Source: an uncultured Alphaproteobacteria bacterium (GTDB taxonomy: Bacteria; Pseudomonadota; Alphaproteobacteria; HIMB59; GCA-002718135). Taken from it: a stretch of DNA of 64,000 nt. Below, one piece after another: positions 50,648 to 61,300 of the stretch. Location of the stretch: positions 14,881 to 78,880 of the forward strand of contig CACIED010000003.1 in assembly GCA_902585605.1 (NCBI GenBank), written 5' to 3'. Position 1 is the first letter of the stretch. Each line of letters starts with the position of its first letter. The notes under the pieces were generated by a model. It worked only from the letters and a program-made list of their open reading frames with translations. It was not told where the DNA came from and searched no databases. The position numbers and the translations under genes are program-made.

Positions 50648-51886
50648 TTAAATACTATTTTCTAATAGCTTACCGTCTTTAAAAACTTTTATATTTTTTC
50701 TATCGCTTAAAATTTTTATATTTTTTGAAGGATCACCTTTTATAACAAGGATATCTGCTTTTTGACCTTCTTCAATAGTACCCACATTTATTCCTAAAAG
50801 TTCACCACCAATTCTAGTTGCAGATATTATTGCTTCCATATTTGTCATACCTCCTTGAACCAAGTATTCTAATTCTCTGTAGTTCATTTCTCCATGCGGC
50901 AGCATAAAACCTGCATCTGTTCCAGTTGCTATTTTAATATTAGATTTAATCGCTTTTTTTAACGAAACCCATTTTGCCTCTCTAGATAATTCTAACCATT
51001 TCCAATTTTTAGAAGATTTAAATTTTTCGTTTTCTTTAAAATCAAAGTTTCTTTCATTGACTAAAAGTGTAGGAACATAAAAAGTATTATTTTTTTTCAT
51101 CAAATCAACAGTTTTATTATCAAGCCAATGCCCATGTTCAACTGAATGCAATCCACATTCAACTGCTTTTGTAATAGCAGAACCACCAGAAGTATGAGAT
51201 GCTACTTTAATATTTAACATTTTTGTAATTTTTGCGACTGCTTCAATTTCTTCGTTACTCATCTCTTGTTTATAAGGTTTTTTTAGATCATAAGTTGAAC
51301 TTACACATAGATTTGTTTTAATAAAATCAGCACCTGCTTTTAATTGAGTTCTAACACCTTTAATAAATTCATCAGGTCCATCACATGGATAAGTCATATC
51401 TTTAAAATTTACATGACTCCCCCATCCTGGTTGATCCATATGGCCACCGGTTACTGACAATCCTAGTCCACAGGCTAAAATATTAGGTCCTTTTAATTTA
51501 TTATTTTTAATCATGTTTCTAATATTAATTGCAACATTTCCTGGAGCATTCATATCTCTAATACTTGTGAATCCATAATTTAGATGATCTAATGCAAATG
51601 CATAACCTCTTAAAGCTTGAGCTCCATAATCAAGATCAGCAGACTCTGCTCTAAATGATCTATTATTTGTTATTCCTGAGAATGCCAAATGAACATGGAC
51701 ATCAACCATGCCAGGCATAACCACTTCTTTGTTAAAATTATAAACCTTGTCACCTTTTTTATCTTTAAAATTTTTTAAATCTAAAACTTTTGTAATTTTT
51801 CCATTTTCAATTATGATACATTTGTTTTCTAAAATTTTTTTACTTACACCATTTATTAGTTTTTTGGTTTTAATTATTTTCCTCAT
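50648..51886 (-). CDS. Metal-dependent amidohydrolase (Xaa-Pro dipeptidase-like subgroup)
   Basis: PGMVDVHVH, TGGH, GADFIK, SVEHG, GTDAG. Confidence 0.85.
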   Translation of the reverse strand: MRKIIKTKKLINGVSKKILENKCIIIENGKITKVLDLKNFKDKKGDKVYNFNKEVVMPGMVDVHVHLAFSGITNNRSFRAESADLDYGAQALRGYAFALDHLNYGFTSIRDMNAPGNVAINIRNMIKNNKLKGPNILACGLGLSVTGGHMDQPGWGSHVNFKDMTYPCDGPDEFIKGVRTQLKAGADFIKTNLCVSSTYDLKKPYKQEMSNEEIEAVAKITKMLNIKVASHTSGGSAITKAVECGLHSVEHGHWLDNKTVDLMKKNNTFYVPTLLVNERNFDFKENEKFKSSKNWKWLELSREAKWVSLKKAIKSNIKIATGTDAGFMLPHGEMNYRELEYLVQGGMTNMEAIISATRIGGELLGINVGTIEEGQKADILVIKGDPSKNIKILSDRKNIKVFKDGKLLENSI

Positions 51887-51893
51887 ATGTATG

Positions 51894-52640
51894 TTAAATC
51901 AATTTATATTTATGCTTAATTTTTTTTGTTAATTGCCAAGCATCAATATATTCATTATTTATAACACTTTTTGTTTGTACTCCCAAATGAAGAAACGCTG
52001 GTGAAATTAAATATGGATCTTTCCATATTTTTCTCTTTTCATCCGAATAAGTTTTTTTACTCATAGAAGTTTTAATAGGAGTTCCAGGAGTTATTGTATT
52101 TACAAATACATTATATTTTTTGCATTCTTCATATAGAGACCTACTTAATCCTTCAACCCCAAATTTTGAGGCACAGTATGCAGTTTCATCTAGTCCACCA
52201 AACTTAGCAGCTCTGCTAGATACATTTATAATGGAACCTTTTTTATTTTTTTTCATAGAAGGGGTAATGAGTTTACAGCTTATAAAAGTACCAGTTAAAT
52301 TTACATCGATAATTTTTTTCCAAAAATCAATTGTACTTTTTTCAATACTTTTAAAATCAATAATACCTGCACAATTAATAAGGACATCAATACTTTTAGA
52401 TTTTTTTAATATTTTTTTTACAATCAAACTCATTTTTTTGTAGTTCTGAACATTACAATTATGAAATTCAAAATTTTTAAATTGTAAATTTAAACTTTTA
52501 TTATTTTTATTATCAATACCATATACAATCGAACCTCTCTCTAAATATGCTTTGGATACTGCATTTCCAATCCCACTGGAAGTGCCTGTAATAAAAACTT
52601 TTAAATTTTTAAAAGTATTATGTTGCAGCTCTACCACCAT
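51894..52640 (-). CDS. Short-chain dehydrogenase/reductase
   Basis: TGTSSGIG, NCAG, YCASK. Confidence 0.9.
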   Translation of the reverse strand: MVVELQHNTFKNLKVFITGTSSGIGNAVSKAYLERGSIVYGIDNKNNKSLNLQFKNFEFHNCNVQNYKKMSLIVKKILKKSKSIDVLINCAGIIDFKSIEKSTIDFWKKIIDVNLTGTFISCKLITPSMKKNKKGSIINVSSRAAKFGGLDETAYCASKFGVEGLSRSLYEECKKYNVFVNTITPGTPIKTSMSKKTYSDEKRKIWKDPYLISPAFLHLGVQTKSVINNEYIDAWQLTKKIKHKYKLI

Positions 52641-53382
52641 CCACTAAAAGACCTACGCCTGTTATAAAAGATGACATATCAGATGAAAGAAAAAGAACAG
52701 TTTGGGCTAATTCATATGGACTCGCAACTCTTCCTAATGGTGTAATCGTTTTCCATTTACTAATAAGCTCTTTTTTATTTTTTGTTTTTTTTAAATTTCT
52801 TTCATTCATAGGAGTATCTATTACTCCAGGACAAACAGCATTTACTCTTATATTATTTTTTGCATACTCAATAGCCAAGACTCTTGTCAGTGACATCACT
52901 CCTCCTTTTGAAGCTGCATAACTAAGATTGCCACCTACATTCGCAAAAGCACTTATTGAACTATTATTCACAATTGAACCTTTTTTATTTTTTAACAAAA
53001 TAGGTAAGGCATGCTTACAGGATAAAAATATTCCCTTAAGATTTATATCAATAATTTTTTCAAATATTTTTGTATTTAATTTATGTGATGGAGTAACTGC
53101 TTGTTCTATACCAGCATTATTAAAAACAGTATCTAAAGTTTTAAAATTTTTAGTTACATATTTGTATAAATTAATAATATCTTTTTCCTTTGATACATCA
53201 GCTTTTACAAAATAAGTTTTCAGACCTTTTTTATGAAGCTCCTTTTGAGTTTTTTCACCCTCATTTTTGTTTACATCACAAAAAATAACTTTTGCACCCT
53301 GTAATGCAAATGTCTCTACTGTAGCTTTTCCAATACCAGTTGCTCCACCAGTTATTACTGATACTTTATCTTTTAAAATCAT
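52618..53382 (-). CDS. Short-chain dehydrogenase/reductase
   Basis: TGGATGIG, NNAG, YAASK, VDGG. Confidence 0.9.
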   Translation of the reverse strand: MILKDKVSVITGGATGIGKATVETFALQGAKVIFCDVNKNEGEKTQKELHKKGLKTYFVKADVSKEKDIINLYKYVTKNFKTLDTVFNNAGIEQAVTPSHKLNTKIFEKIIDINLKGIFLSCKHALPILLKNKKGSIVNNSSISAFANVGGNLSYAASKGGVMSLTRVLAIEYAKNNIRVNAVCPGVIDTPMNERNLKKTKNKKELISKWKTITPLGRVASPYELAQTVLFLSSDMSSFITGVGLLVDGGRAAT

Positions 53383-53525
53383 ATTAGTAAGTTAATTAAA
53401 ATTCAAAAATAAATAAATAAACAAATTGTATAGTTGTTGTTGACATTTTGTATACACTTTAAATCTATTAATATTATCTAATACTTTAAAAATATGTAAA
53501 AATAGTATTTAATTATTTTATATGT

Positions 53526-54623
53526 ATGACCTTAAAAAAACATTTTTTAGCTGATAAAAAAACTATCCTATCAAAGATTGAAAAAGTTCTAAGTAAAGGT
53601 ATTTTGGAGATGGGTGAGGAAGTTGAAAAATTTGAAGAGAATTTTAAGCAATATTGTAATGTACAGTATTGTGTAACTGTATCTTCTGGATCTATGGGGT
53701 TACTTTTAGCCCTTAAATCTCTAGATTTAAAAAAAAATGATGAAGTAATAACTGTATCTAATTCTGATATTCCAACAAGTCATGCAATAACTCTTATTGG
53801 AGCAAAGATTAAGTGGGTTGATATTAATGAAAATACATTAAATATTGATGAAAACAAAATTGAAAAAAATATTACAAAGAATACTAAAGCAATTTTACCT
53901 GTACATTTATTTGGAAATCCATGCAATATGGCGAAAATACTATCTATTGCAAAAAAATATAAATTAAAAATTATAGAAGATGCCTGTTTGGCAACTGGGG
54001 CTGAGTTTAAAAATAAAAAAATTGGCTCGTTAAGTGATTTGACTGTTTTTAGCACTAATCCCGGCAAAATATTAGATGGAATTGGTCCTGGCGGTATAAT
54101 AACAACTAATAATAAAAATTTGTATCTCAAATTACTTCAGCTTCGAGATTATGGAAGAAAAGAAAGACCTAAAAAATGGCCAGTAAAATCATATACAATA
54201 GGTTATAATTCTAAATTAAGTACAATTAGTGCTGCAATTTTAAATATTAGATTAAAAAATTTAGATGAATATATACAAATAAGAAATCATAATGCAACTT
54301 TATATAAAGAATATTTATTTTCAAAAAAAATAAAATTTCAATACACACTTAAAGATTCAAAATCTTCATGGAGAAATTTTCCTATCAGAATTAAAAATAG
54401 AAATAATATATATGATAAATTAAATTCTATTAACCCATTCGTTAAACTTAATTATTTACCACCAAATCATAAAGATGAATGTTATAAAAATTTCAAACAT
54501 AATTTTGATTTAAAAATTACTGAAAAAGTCAATTCGGAGATTCTTAATCTTCCATGCCATCAATATATGACAAAGAATGAAATTAAAACTTTATCAAATC
54601 AATTATTAAAGCTAATTAACTAA
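53526..54623 (+). CDS. DegT/DnrJ/EryC1/StrS sugar aminotransferase
   Basis: SSGS, PVHLFG, IEDAC, FSTNPGK (PLP Lys), GYNSKL, LPC; true start may be ATG 53522 (see findings). Confidence 0.85.
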   Translation: MTLKKHFLADKKTILSKIEKVLSKGILEMGEEVEKFEENFKQYCNVQYCVTVSSGSMGLLLALKSLDLKKNDEVITVSNSDIPTSHAITLIGAKIKWVDINENTLNIDENKIEKNITKNTKAILPVHLFGNPCNMAKILSIAKKYKLKIIEDACLATGAEFKNKKIGSLSDLTVFSTNPGKILDGIGPGGIITTNNKNLYLKLLQLRDYGRKERPKKWPVKSYTIGYNSKLSTISAAILNIRLKNLDEYIQIRNHNATLYKEYLFSKKIKFQYTLKDSKSSWRNFPIRIKNRNNIYDKLNSINPFVKLNYLPPNHKDECYKNFKHNFDLKITEKVNSEILNLPCHQYMTKNEIKTLSNQLLKLIN

Positions 54624-55615
54624 TATTTTATTTTAATTACTTTATTTTTCTTTATCGAGTTATAAATAGCATCTACTACTAAGACAGAATTTATTCCATC
54701 TTGTATACTAATGAAAGGTTGGGTTTTTTTCTTAAGTGTATCAACATATGACTTAGCCTGTGTATAAAAATTATAGTTTAGACCATTTTTTTGGTAATAA
54801 TTTGAATAATCATATATTGCTATTTTATTTTTTGATCTTAGCTCTAATCCTTTTCTAATATTAATATCTATTTGTCCAGAAGTGCCAAATATTTTTGTTT
54901 CCCATTTTGGAGTAGTCTCATATGGCACAAAAGTTGCTATTAACTGAGCAGTTATTTCATTTTTAAACTTTATTGAAATTGAAATTATATCTTCAACATC
55001 TATTTTGTTATTTATATTTATTTTTTTTGCATAAACCTCATGTATTTTAGATTTAGCTAAGTATGAAATCTTATCTAAACTATGAATTGCATTGTATAGT
55101 AAAACACCTCCACCAGAAAATTTCTTAATATCTATCCATTTTGGTAAAGATTGGTTTTTTTGAGAAATCATTGTTTCAGAAATAAATTTTATTTTCCCAA
55201 TTTTTGAATTCTGTATCAGTTTGTAAGCAGTAAAGACTTCTTTTCTGTATCGATGAACAAAACTAATTGTATGGGTAATATTTTTTTTTGATATATAGTT
55301 TTTTATAGTACTTAGCTCATTACTATTCAAAACTAATGGTTTTTCTATCAAAAGATTTATATTATTTTTACAACACTCTAATATTGGTTCTATTCTCAAA
55401 AAATGTGGTAATGCGATAACTATAAAATCAGGTTTTAACTTTATAAGTTCATTAATATTATTGAAATGCTCTATATTATTTAATTTTTTAAATTTATTAG
55501 CTTTTTTCAAATCATATTCTGTAAATCCAATTAATTTTAAATTTCTAATTTTTTTAAAAGCCTCAAAATGCCTTAAACCTGCTTGACCAATTCCTAGTAA
55601 ACCATATTTCATCAA
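54620..55615 (-). CDS. Gfo/Idh/MocA family oxidoreductase
   Basis: GIGQAG, IEKP, SGGGVLLYNAIH. Confidence 0.85.
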   Translation of the reverse strand: MMKYGLLGIGQAGLRHFEAFKKIRNLKLIGFTEYDLKKANKFKKLNNIEHFNNINELIKLKPDFIVIALPHFLRIEPILECCKNNINLLIEKPLVLNSNELSTIKNYISKKNITHTISFVHRYRKEVFTAYKLIQNSKIGKIKFISETMISQKNQSLPKWIDIKKFSGGGVLLYNAIHSLDKISYLAKSKIHEVYAKKININNKIDVEDIISISIKFKNEITAQLIATFVPYETTPKWETKIFGTSGQIDINIRKGLELRSKNKIAIYDYSNYYQKNGLNYNFYTQAKSYVDTLKKKTQPFISIQDGINSVLVVDAIYNSIKKNKVIKIKY

Positions 55616-56511
55616 TAATTTGAGATTAGTTTATCAACTTTTTTAGTTTTAAGTAAGCTATTATTATTAATCGCTTCTCTATAAGCTATAAAGAGAATTG
55701 ATGAGAATATTATAGAAGCTCCTATCCATGTCCAAATATCAGGCACTTCCATAAAAAAGAAATATCCAATTAAAGACAGCCAAATTAGTTTTGTAAATTG
55801 TATTGGCATTATAAAAGTTGTTTCAGCCATTTTTAAACATTGAGCAAAACTGAACTGTGTTATAAATCCCGCGATAGCAACAAATATAAGTAATAAAATT
55901 TGATTTATATTAATGCTTTCCCAAAAGAACAATGCAATAAAAAATGTCGGAGGAACCATGAAAGCCATTTGGTAAAATGCAGTCGTTAAACTTGAATCCT
56001 TTTCAGTAAGTTTTTTTACAATTATTATTACTATTGAAAAAGTAATTGCTGCTGTTAGAAGCCATAAAGCTCCACTCTCAAAAGGTATATACCCAGGCCT
56101 TATAACAACCAAAATTCCTATAAAGCCAACAATTAATGCAGTAATTCTTTGAATTCTAACTACTTCACCTAAAAAAATAATTGCAAGGATGGTAGTAAAT
56201 AGTGGAGTAGTAAAACCTATAGCTGCTGCTTTTTCTAGTTGTAATGTTCCTATAGCTGTAAACCAGCTTATCATTGAATAAACATTAATCGCAGATCTTA
56301 CAAACTGTAGTTTTATGTTATGTGTTTTCCAAGCTTCGGGGTAATTATAAATCATAAAAGGTAACATAACAATAACCCCAAATAGACATCTGTAAAATGC
56401 AATCATGAAAGGATTTAAATCTTGCGAAAGAAGTTTTATTCCTGAAACCATAATTGCTGCTGTTCCAGTACCGATTAAAGATAAAAAAATTACAAATAGT
56501 TTTTTATTCAT
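55612..56511 (-). CDS. DMT/EamA family transporter
   Basis: About 10 TM segments; FLGEVV, FFMEVPD; ATG 56511 preferred. Confidence 0.85.
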   Translation of the reverse strand: MNKKLFVIFLSLIGTGTAAIMVSGIKLLSQDLNPFMIAFYRCLFGVIVMLPFMIYNYPEAWKTHNIKLQFVRSAINVYSMISWFTAIGTLQLEKAAAIGFTTPLFTTILAIIFLGEVVRIQRITALIVGFIGILVVIRPGYIPFESGALWLLTAAITFSIVIIIVKKLTEKDSSLTTAFYQMAFMVPPTFFIALFFWESININQILLLIFVAIAGFITQFSFAQCLKMAETTFIMPIQFTKLIWLSLIGYFFFMEVPDIWTWIGASIIFSSILFIAYREAINNNSLLKTKKVDKLISNY

Positions 56512-56530
56512 TTTTAAAAATTTAATGAAG

Positions 56531-57497
56531 CTAAATGTTTTTAGCACAACATTGGTCAACCCAATGTCCAGGTTCTATTTCAACTAATGCCATTTCTACA
56601 TCTCCTCCTTTACAATCTATACCAGGGTTTGGGCATCGTGTTCGAAAAACACAACCTGAAGGAGGATTAATAGGACTAGGAATATCACCTTTAAGTATAG
56701 TTTTCTTTTTATTTTTTCTAAATATTTGTGGAGCTGTTTCAATAAGAGATTTTGTATACGGATGTTGAGGATTAGAAAATAATTTACTAGTATTTGCAAC
56801 CTCTACTAAATGACCTAAGTACATCACCATAACTCTATCTGCTATTTGATTTATTACTGAAAGGTCATGAGAAATAAAAAGAATAGTTAAAGAATATTTT
56901 TTTTTAAGCTCTAAAATTAAATTTAAAATTTGAGCTTGAATAGTTACATCTAAAGCTGACACTGGTTCATCAGCTATTATGAATTTTGGATTAAGAACCA
57001 ACGCTCTAGCTATACCTATGCGCTGTCTTTGCCCCCCTGAAAATTCATGAGGATACCTATTTAAATGTTCTTTTTGCAAACCAACATCTTGAATTATTTC
57101 CTCTACTTTTAGATTAATTGAATTTTTATCTATTTTTTCATGCACTTTGAGACCTTGAGAGATAATATCAAATACTTTCTTTCTTGGATCTAAACTGGCA
57201 TAAGGGTCTTGAAAAATTATTTGAAAATCTTTTCGCAATTTTCTCATTTCGCCATCTGAAAATTCTATAATATTTTTATTTTTGTAATAAATTTTTCCTT
57301 CAGTAGGTTCTATTAATCTAATTATTGCTCTTCCGAGCGTACTTTTTCCAGATCCAGATTCTCCGACAAGACCAAGAATTTCACCTTCAGGAATTTCAAA
57401 ACTAACATTTTCAACTGCTTTTACATCACCTGTTTTATTGTTAAAAAAATCCATCTTTTATTGGGAAATATTTTTTTAAATTTTCAACTTTAATCAT
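56531..57497 (-). CDS. Peptide ABC ATP-binding protein (DppF-like), apparent +1 frameshift near the 5' end
   Basis: ATG 57497 gives MIKVENLKKYFPIKDGFF*; removing one base of A7 at 57443-57449 joins it to NNKTGDVKAVE; Walker A, FSGGQRQR. Confidence 0.85.
56545..56694. repeat. Direct repeat copy 2 (ABC-ATPase 3' end)
   Basis: Same orientation as 45265-45414, offset 11280 bp. Confidence 0.9.
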
Positions 57498-57502
57498 ACT
57501 TA

Positions 57503-58480
57503 TTATTTAAAACAGCATTGATCTACCCAGTGTCCAGGTTTTGCTTCAATCAATCCCATTTCAATATCTCCTCCTTTACAATCTATTCCCGGGTTGGGAC
57601 ACCTAGTCCGGAAAACACAGCCAGAAGGTGGATTTGTCGGACTTGGAATTTCACCTCTTAATAACTTAATCTCTCTTTTCTGATTTGTAATTTGAGGAGC
57701 TATATCAATTAAAGACTTCGTATAAGAATGTAATGGATTATTAAATAATTCTGATGTTTCTGCAATTTCCATAACATTACCTAAATACATTACCATTACG
57801 TGATCCGATATTTCAGAAACAACTCCAAGATCATGAGTAATAAATATAATCGACATTCCAAGTTTTTTTTGCAGTTCTTGCATTAGATCTATGATTTGAG
57901 CTTGTATAGTAACGTCAAGAGCTGTTGTAGGTTCATCAGCAATTAAAATTTTTGGATTGCAACTCAAAGCCATAGCGATCATTGCCCTTTGTCTCATTCC
58001 ACCAGATAATTCATGAGGGTAGGAGTCAATTCTTTTTTGAGGTTCAGGTATGCCTACAAGATCTAGCATTTCAATAGCAATTTTTCTTGCTTGTTCTTTG
58101 CTTTTCTTTTGGTGAAGAATAATTGTCTCTGAAATCTGATAAGATAAATCATAAACTGGATTTAGACTTGTCATAGGTTCTTGAAAAATCATAGAGATTC
58201 TATTTCCTCTAATTTTTCTCATTTCATTTTCTTCAAGATCAATTAAGTTTTTATTATCAAATAATATTTCACCTCGTTCGGTTTGAGCTAAGTTATTCGG
58301 TAACAAGCCCATAATAGATAAAGCTGTAATTGATTTACCTGAACCTGATTCCCCAACTATCGCAAAAGTTTTTCCTGCCTCTAAATTAAAAGAAACACCA
58401 TCAACAGCTTTAACAACTGATTCACCAACACTAAAATGAGTTCTTAAATTTTTTATAGTTAATAAGTTTTCACTATCCAT
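57503..58480 (-). CDS. Peptide ABC ATP-binding protein (DppD-like)
   Basis: GESGSGKS, LSGGMRQR, ADEPTT, Cys-rich tail (third, more diverged repeat copy). Confidence 0.9.
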   Translation of the reverse strand: MDSENLLTIKNLRTHFSVGESVVKAVDGVSFNLEAGKTFAIVGESGSGKSITALSIMGLLPNNLAQTERGEILFDNKNLIDLEENEMRKIRGNRISMIFQEPMTSLNPVYDLSYQISETIILHQKKSKEQARKIAIEMLDLVGIPEPQKRIDSYPHELSGGMRQRAMIAMALSCNPKILIADEPTTALDVTIQAQIIDLMQELQKKLGMSIIFITHDLGVVSEISDHVMVMYLGNVMEIAETSELFNNPLHSYTKSLIDIAPQITNQKREIKLLRGEIPSPTNPPSGCVFRTRCPNPGIDCKGGDIEMGLIEAKPGHWVDQCCFK

Positions 58481-58481
58481 A

Positions 58482-59879
58482 TTAATTTTTTTTTATTGGA
58501 GATACAAAATTATTCATATTTCTATTCTTGTAAAATTTTTTTCCATCATAAACCACATTTCCATTAACTATAGTTTTATTTATACTTCCTTTTATTTTTT
58601 CCCCAAAATATAGATGAGCACAGTTTTTTCCTTTGGAAACAAGGGTATTTCTATCCACAGTCCATTTCTTATTCATATCTAAAATAACTATATCTGCATC
58701 AGATCCTCTTTTGATCAAACCTTTATTTGGAAAAATATTAAATCTTTTCGCTGGATTAATACACATTAGTTCAATCACTTTTTCTAATTTGATTTTTTTT
58801 TCTGAAACAGCTTTTAGCATAAGTGGTAACATTAATTCACCACTGGGAGCACCTGGAGGTGCTTCAAGAAAATTTGTTTTACCTTTTATTTTTTCCTTGA
58901 ATGAAAAAGAAGCATGATCAGAGGCTATAATATCAAGAGTTTTATTTTTAAGAGCTGACCATAATTTTTTTTGATCTTTTTGTTTCCTTATTGGTGGATT
59001 AATTTTTCCAAATGGACCTGATTTAATTACATCTCTTTCATTTTTAAATAAATAGTGTGGACATGTTTCTGCAGTTATACTCTGACCTTTACTTTTAAAT
59101 TTAGAAATTACTTCTAAAGATAATTCTGAAGTCACATGAGCAATATGAATTTTAGTTTTAACAATTGAATTCAACCTTAGTATCTTTTCAATTGCACTTG
59201 CTTCTACAACAGCAGGTCTCATAGCATTATGCATTGCTGGATTATTTTTCTTAAAATTTTTTTGATTTTTCTCAAAATGATCAAGTAAATTCTGATCTTC
59301 AGCATGAAAAATTGTCGTTAAATTTGATTTTTTTGCATGTATTAATGCTTTGAGAATATTTTTTTCTTCAGTAAAACACAATCCTTCAAATTCACTTTTT
59401 CTATCAAGTGGAGGAGCAATTGTAAAAACTTTAAAAGCAATAGCCCCACTATTTATTAATCCATTTAGATTTTTATCATTGAATTTTCCTAAAGCAGGAA
59501 TCATAGCAAAATTAATGTAAGTATTTTCATCAAAATGTTTTTTTCTATGGTTAAGCACTTTAGCATTTGACATGCACGGATTACTTATAGGCATTTCAAA
59601 AAGTGTAGTTATTCCACCCTTTGCGGCAGCTTTAGTTTCACTTTGAACTGTACCTCTTTGAGGAAATGATGGTGCTCTAACATGAAAATGAATATCAATT
59701 ATTCCAGGAATAACAATTTTTTTATCAGCATTGATAATTTTTTTGGACTTAAATGATTTTATATTATTTGTTAGCTTAAAAATTTTACCATCTTTGATTA
59801 CAATATGGTTTTTTTTAAATCTATTTTTCTCAAAAACTTTTCCATTTTTTATAATCAAGTCACAATTAATAATCATCAC
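58482..59879 (-). CDS. Cyclic amidohydrolase (dihydroorotase/allantoinase/hydantoinase family)
   Basis: PGIIDIHFH, AAAKGGITT, HAE, HIAH, ETCPHYL, NPPIR, SDHA. Confidence 0.85.
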   Translation of the reverse strand: MMIINCDLIIKNGKVFEKNRFKKNHIVIKDGKIFKLTNNIKSFKSKKIINADKKIVIPGIIDIHFHVRAPSFPQRGTVQSETKAAAKGGITTLFEMPISNPCMSNAKVLNHRKKHFDENTYINFAMIPALGKFNDKNLNGLINSGAIAFKVFTIAPPLDRKSEFEGLCFTEEKNILKALIHAKKSNLTTIFHAEDQNLLDHFEKNQKNFKKNNPAMHNAMRPAVVEASAIEKILRLNSIVKTKIHIAHVTSELSLEVISKFKSKGQSITAETCPHYLFKNERDVIKSGPFGKINPPIRKQKDQKKLWSALKNKTLDIIASDHASFSFKEKIKGKTNFLEAPPGAPSGELMLPLMLKAVSEKKIKLEKVIELMCINPAKRFNIFPNKGLIKRGSDADIVILDMNKKWTVDRNTLVSKGKNCAHLYFGEKIKGSINKTIVNGNVVYDGKKFYKNRNMNNFVSPIKKN

Positions 59880-61300
59880 TCAAAAATTTTCAGTTCTTTT
59901 AAAGCTTTTGCAACTCCATCAAGATTTGAAAGTTTCATAGATGCATAATTTGGTGACAACACTATCCCTTCTCCTCCAGCTTTATAAGTTGCTAAAACCG
60001 ATCTATATGCAATATCTGGTGTACAGATTGCTTGTTCTTTTGATGATCTTGGTGCATCGATACCAATGCCCATATATACTTTGGAGCCACCATCAACACC
60101 CCTGACTGCATCTGCACATTGAGTATAAATATATGTATCTGGATCTAATCCTCTTTCTATAAGATTGTCTAAGCTAGTTTCATTAATTCCTAAAATTTTA
60201 GAAAAAGATGAAACCAACTCAGAATTAGATAATTCATTTAAGATTGTTTTTCCAAATATATTTATTTCTCTATGAAATATTTCACCTGATTGATGCTGAT
60301 AAGTTATAGGTTTTACCCAATCAGAATAACCTACCTGTTCTTTCCAAGGCCACTGCACTTTTCTAATAAAATTAAAATGATTTCTATTCCATACATTTAA
60401 CCCAAAAGATAAATTAGGTTTTATCCATTTTACTAAACCATAAATTTCTTTGTCTAAATCTTTGTTCCTTTTAAGCCAAAATTTTTCCCACTCTAAAATT
60501 TCTGGTTTATCAAATAAAATTCTAAAAAATTCAATTAAGTTTCCATCAACAAAGTTCTTTCCATTTAAAGTTTCTTGAAAGAATTCATATAATTTCAAAA
60601 GTGAGGATCTAATTTTTTCAATATTTAAATTATGAGTTTTAGCTTCTATTAAAAAATCTTCAGAAAAGTCTCCAGGCTCATTTCCTTGAAATAATTGATC
60701 AAGAGGTGAATATCTTTCATTGCACCACATAACACCATCAATATCATAATTTGCAACTTGATCTTCGATCATTGATAAGATCCAATTTCTATAATTTTTA
60801 TTACTTGTGGAAGGTGATTTACCAATTTTTCCAAAAACATCTATTTCCATACATTGAACTAAATTTGGAATATCTACTCCAGTGGCAGATCCATGACCTG
60901 CATAATTGAAGAAGGGTTCCATTAATTCAATAAAAATTTTCATTCCTTTTTCCCTTGCTTTAGGAATAACCATTTTTAAAATATCTTTATTTTTCATTTC
61001 TTTGTCTTGGGCTTTAAAATTTTTTATGAAAGTTTTATTATAAAATTTAGGATCTGGATCAAAATATGCACCACCTTTCATTGAAAATGGTTCAGGAATT
61101 CCATGATCTGGCCAACCATCTATTTCCCAAGACACTGATCTTCCCGATTTTAATCCTAGCCATGAAACAGTCCCAATTAGTAGAACATTTACACCAACAC
61201 GTTTTTGTAATGTATCTAATACATTATCAATTCCTTCATCAATAAATGAAATCGGACTTATTTGAATTCCAACAAATTTATCTTTTCCATTTTTGATCAT
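59876..61300 (-). CDS. Hypothetical protein, possible glycoside-hydrolase-like TIM barrel
   Basis: 474-aa ORF with 4-bp overlaps on both sides; DEGIDNVLD, PDHG, YDIDGVMWCNE; no signal peptide. Confidence 0.55.
   Translation of the reverse strand: MIKNGKDKFVGIQISPISFIDEGIDNVLDTLQKRVGVNVLLIGTVSWLGLKSGRSVSWEIDGWPDHGIPEPFSMKGGAYFDPDPKFYNKTFIKNFKAQDKEMKNKDILKMVIPKAREKGMKIFIELMEPFFNYAGHGSATGVDIPNLVQCMEIDVFGKIGKSPSTSNKNYRNWILSMIEDQVANYDIDGVMWCNERYSPLDQLFQGNEPGDFSEDFLIEAKTHNLNIEKIRSSLLKLYEFFQETLNGKNFVDGNLIEFFRILFDKPEILEWEKFWLKRNKDLDKEIYGLVKWIKPNLSFGLNVWNRNHFNFIRKVQWPWKEQVGYSDWVKPITYQHQSGEIFHREINIFGKTILNELSNSELVSSFSKILGINETSLDNLIERGLDPDTYIYTQCADAVRGVDGGSKVYMGIGIDAPRSSKEQAICTPDIAYRSVLATYKAGGEGIVLSPNYASMKLSNLDGVAKALKELKIFE

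Noticed and set aside
53526-55615. O-antigen/LPS sugar biosynthesis cluster
   Set aside because: The two genes are convergent, with no glycosyltransferase, nucleotidyltransferase or flippase nearby
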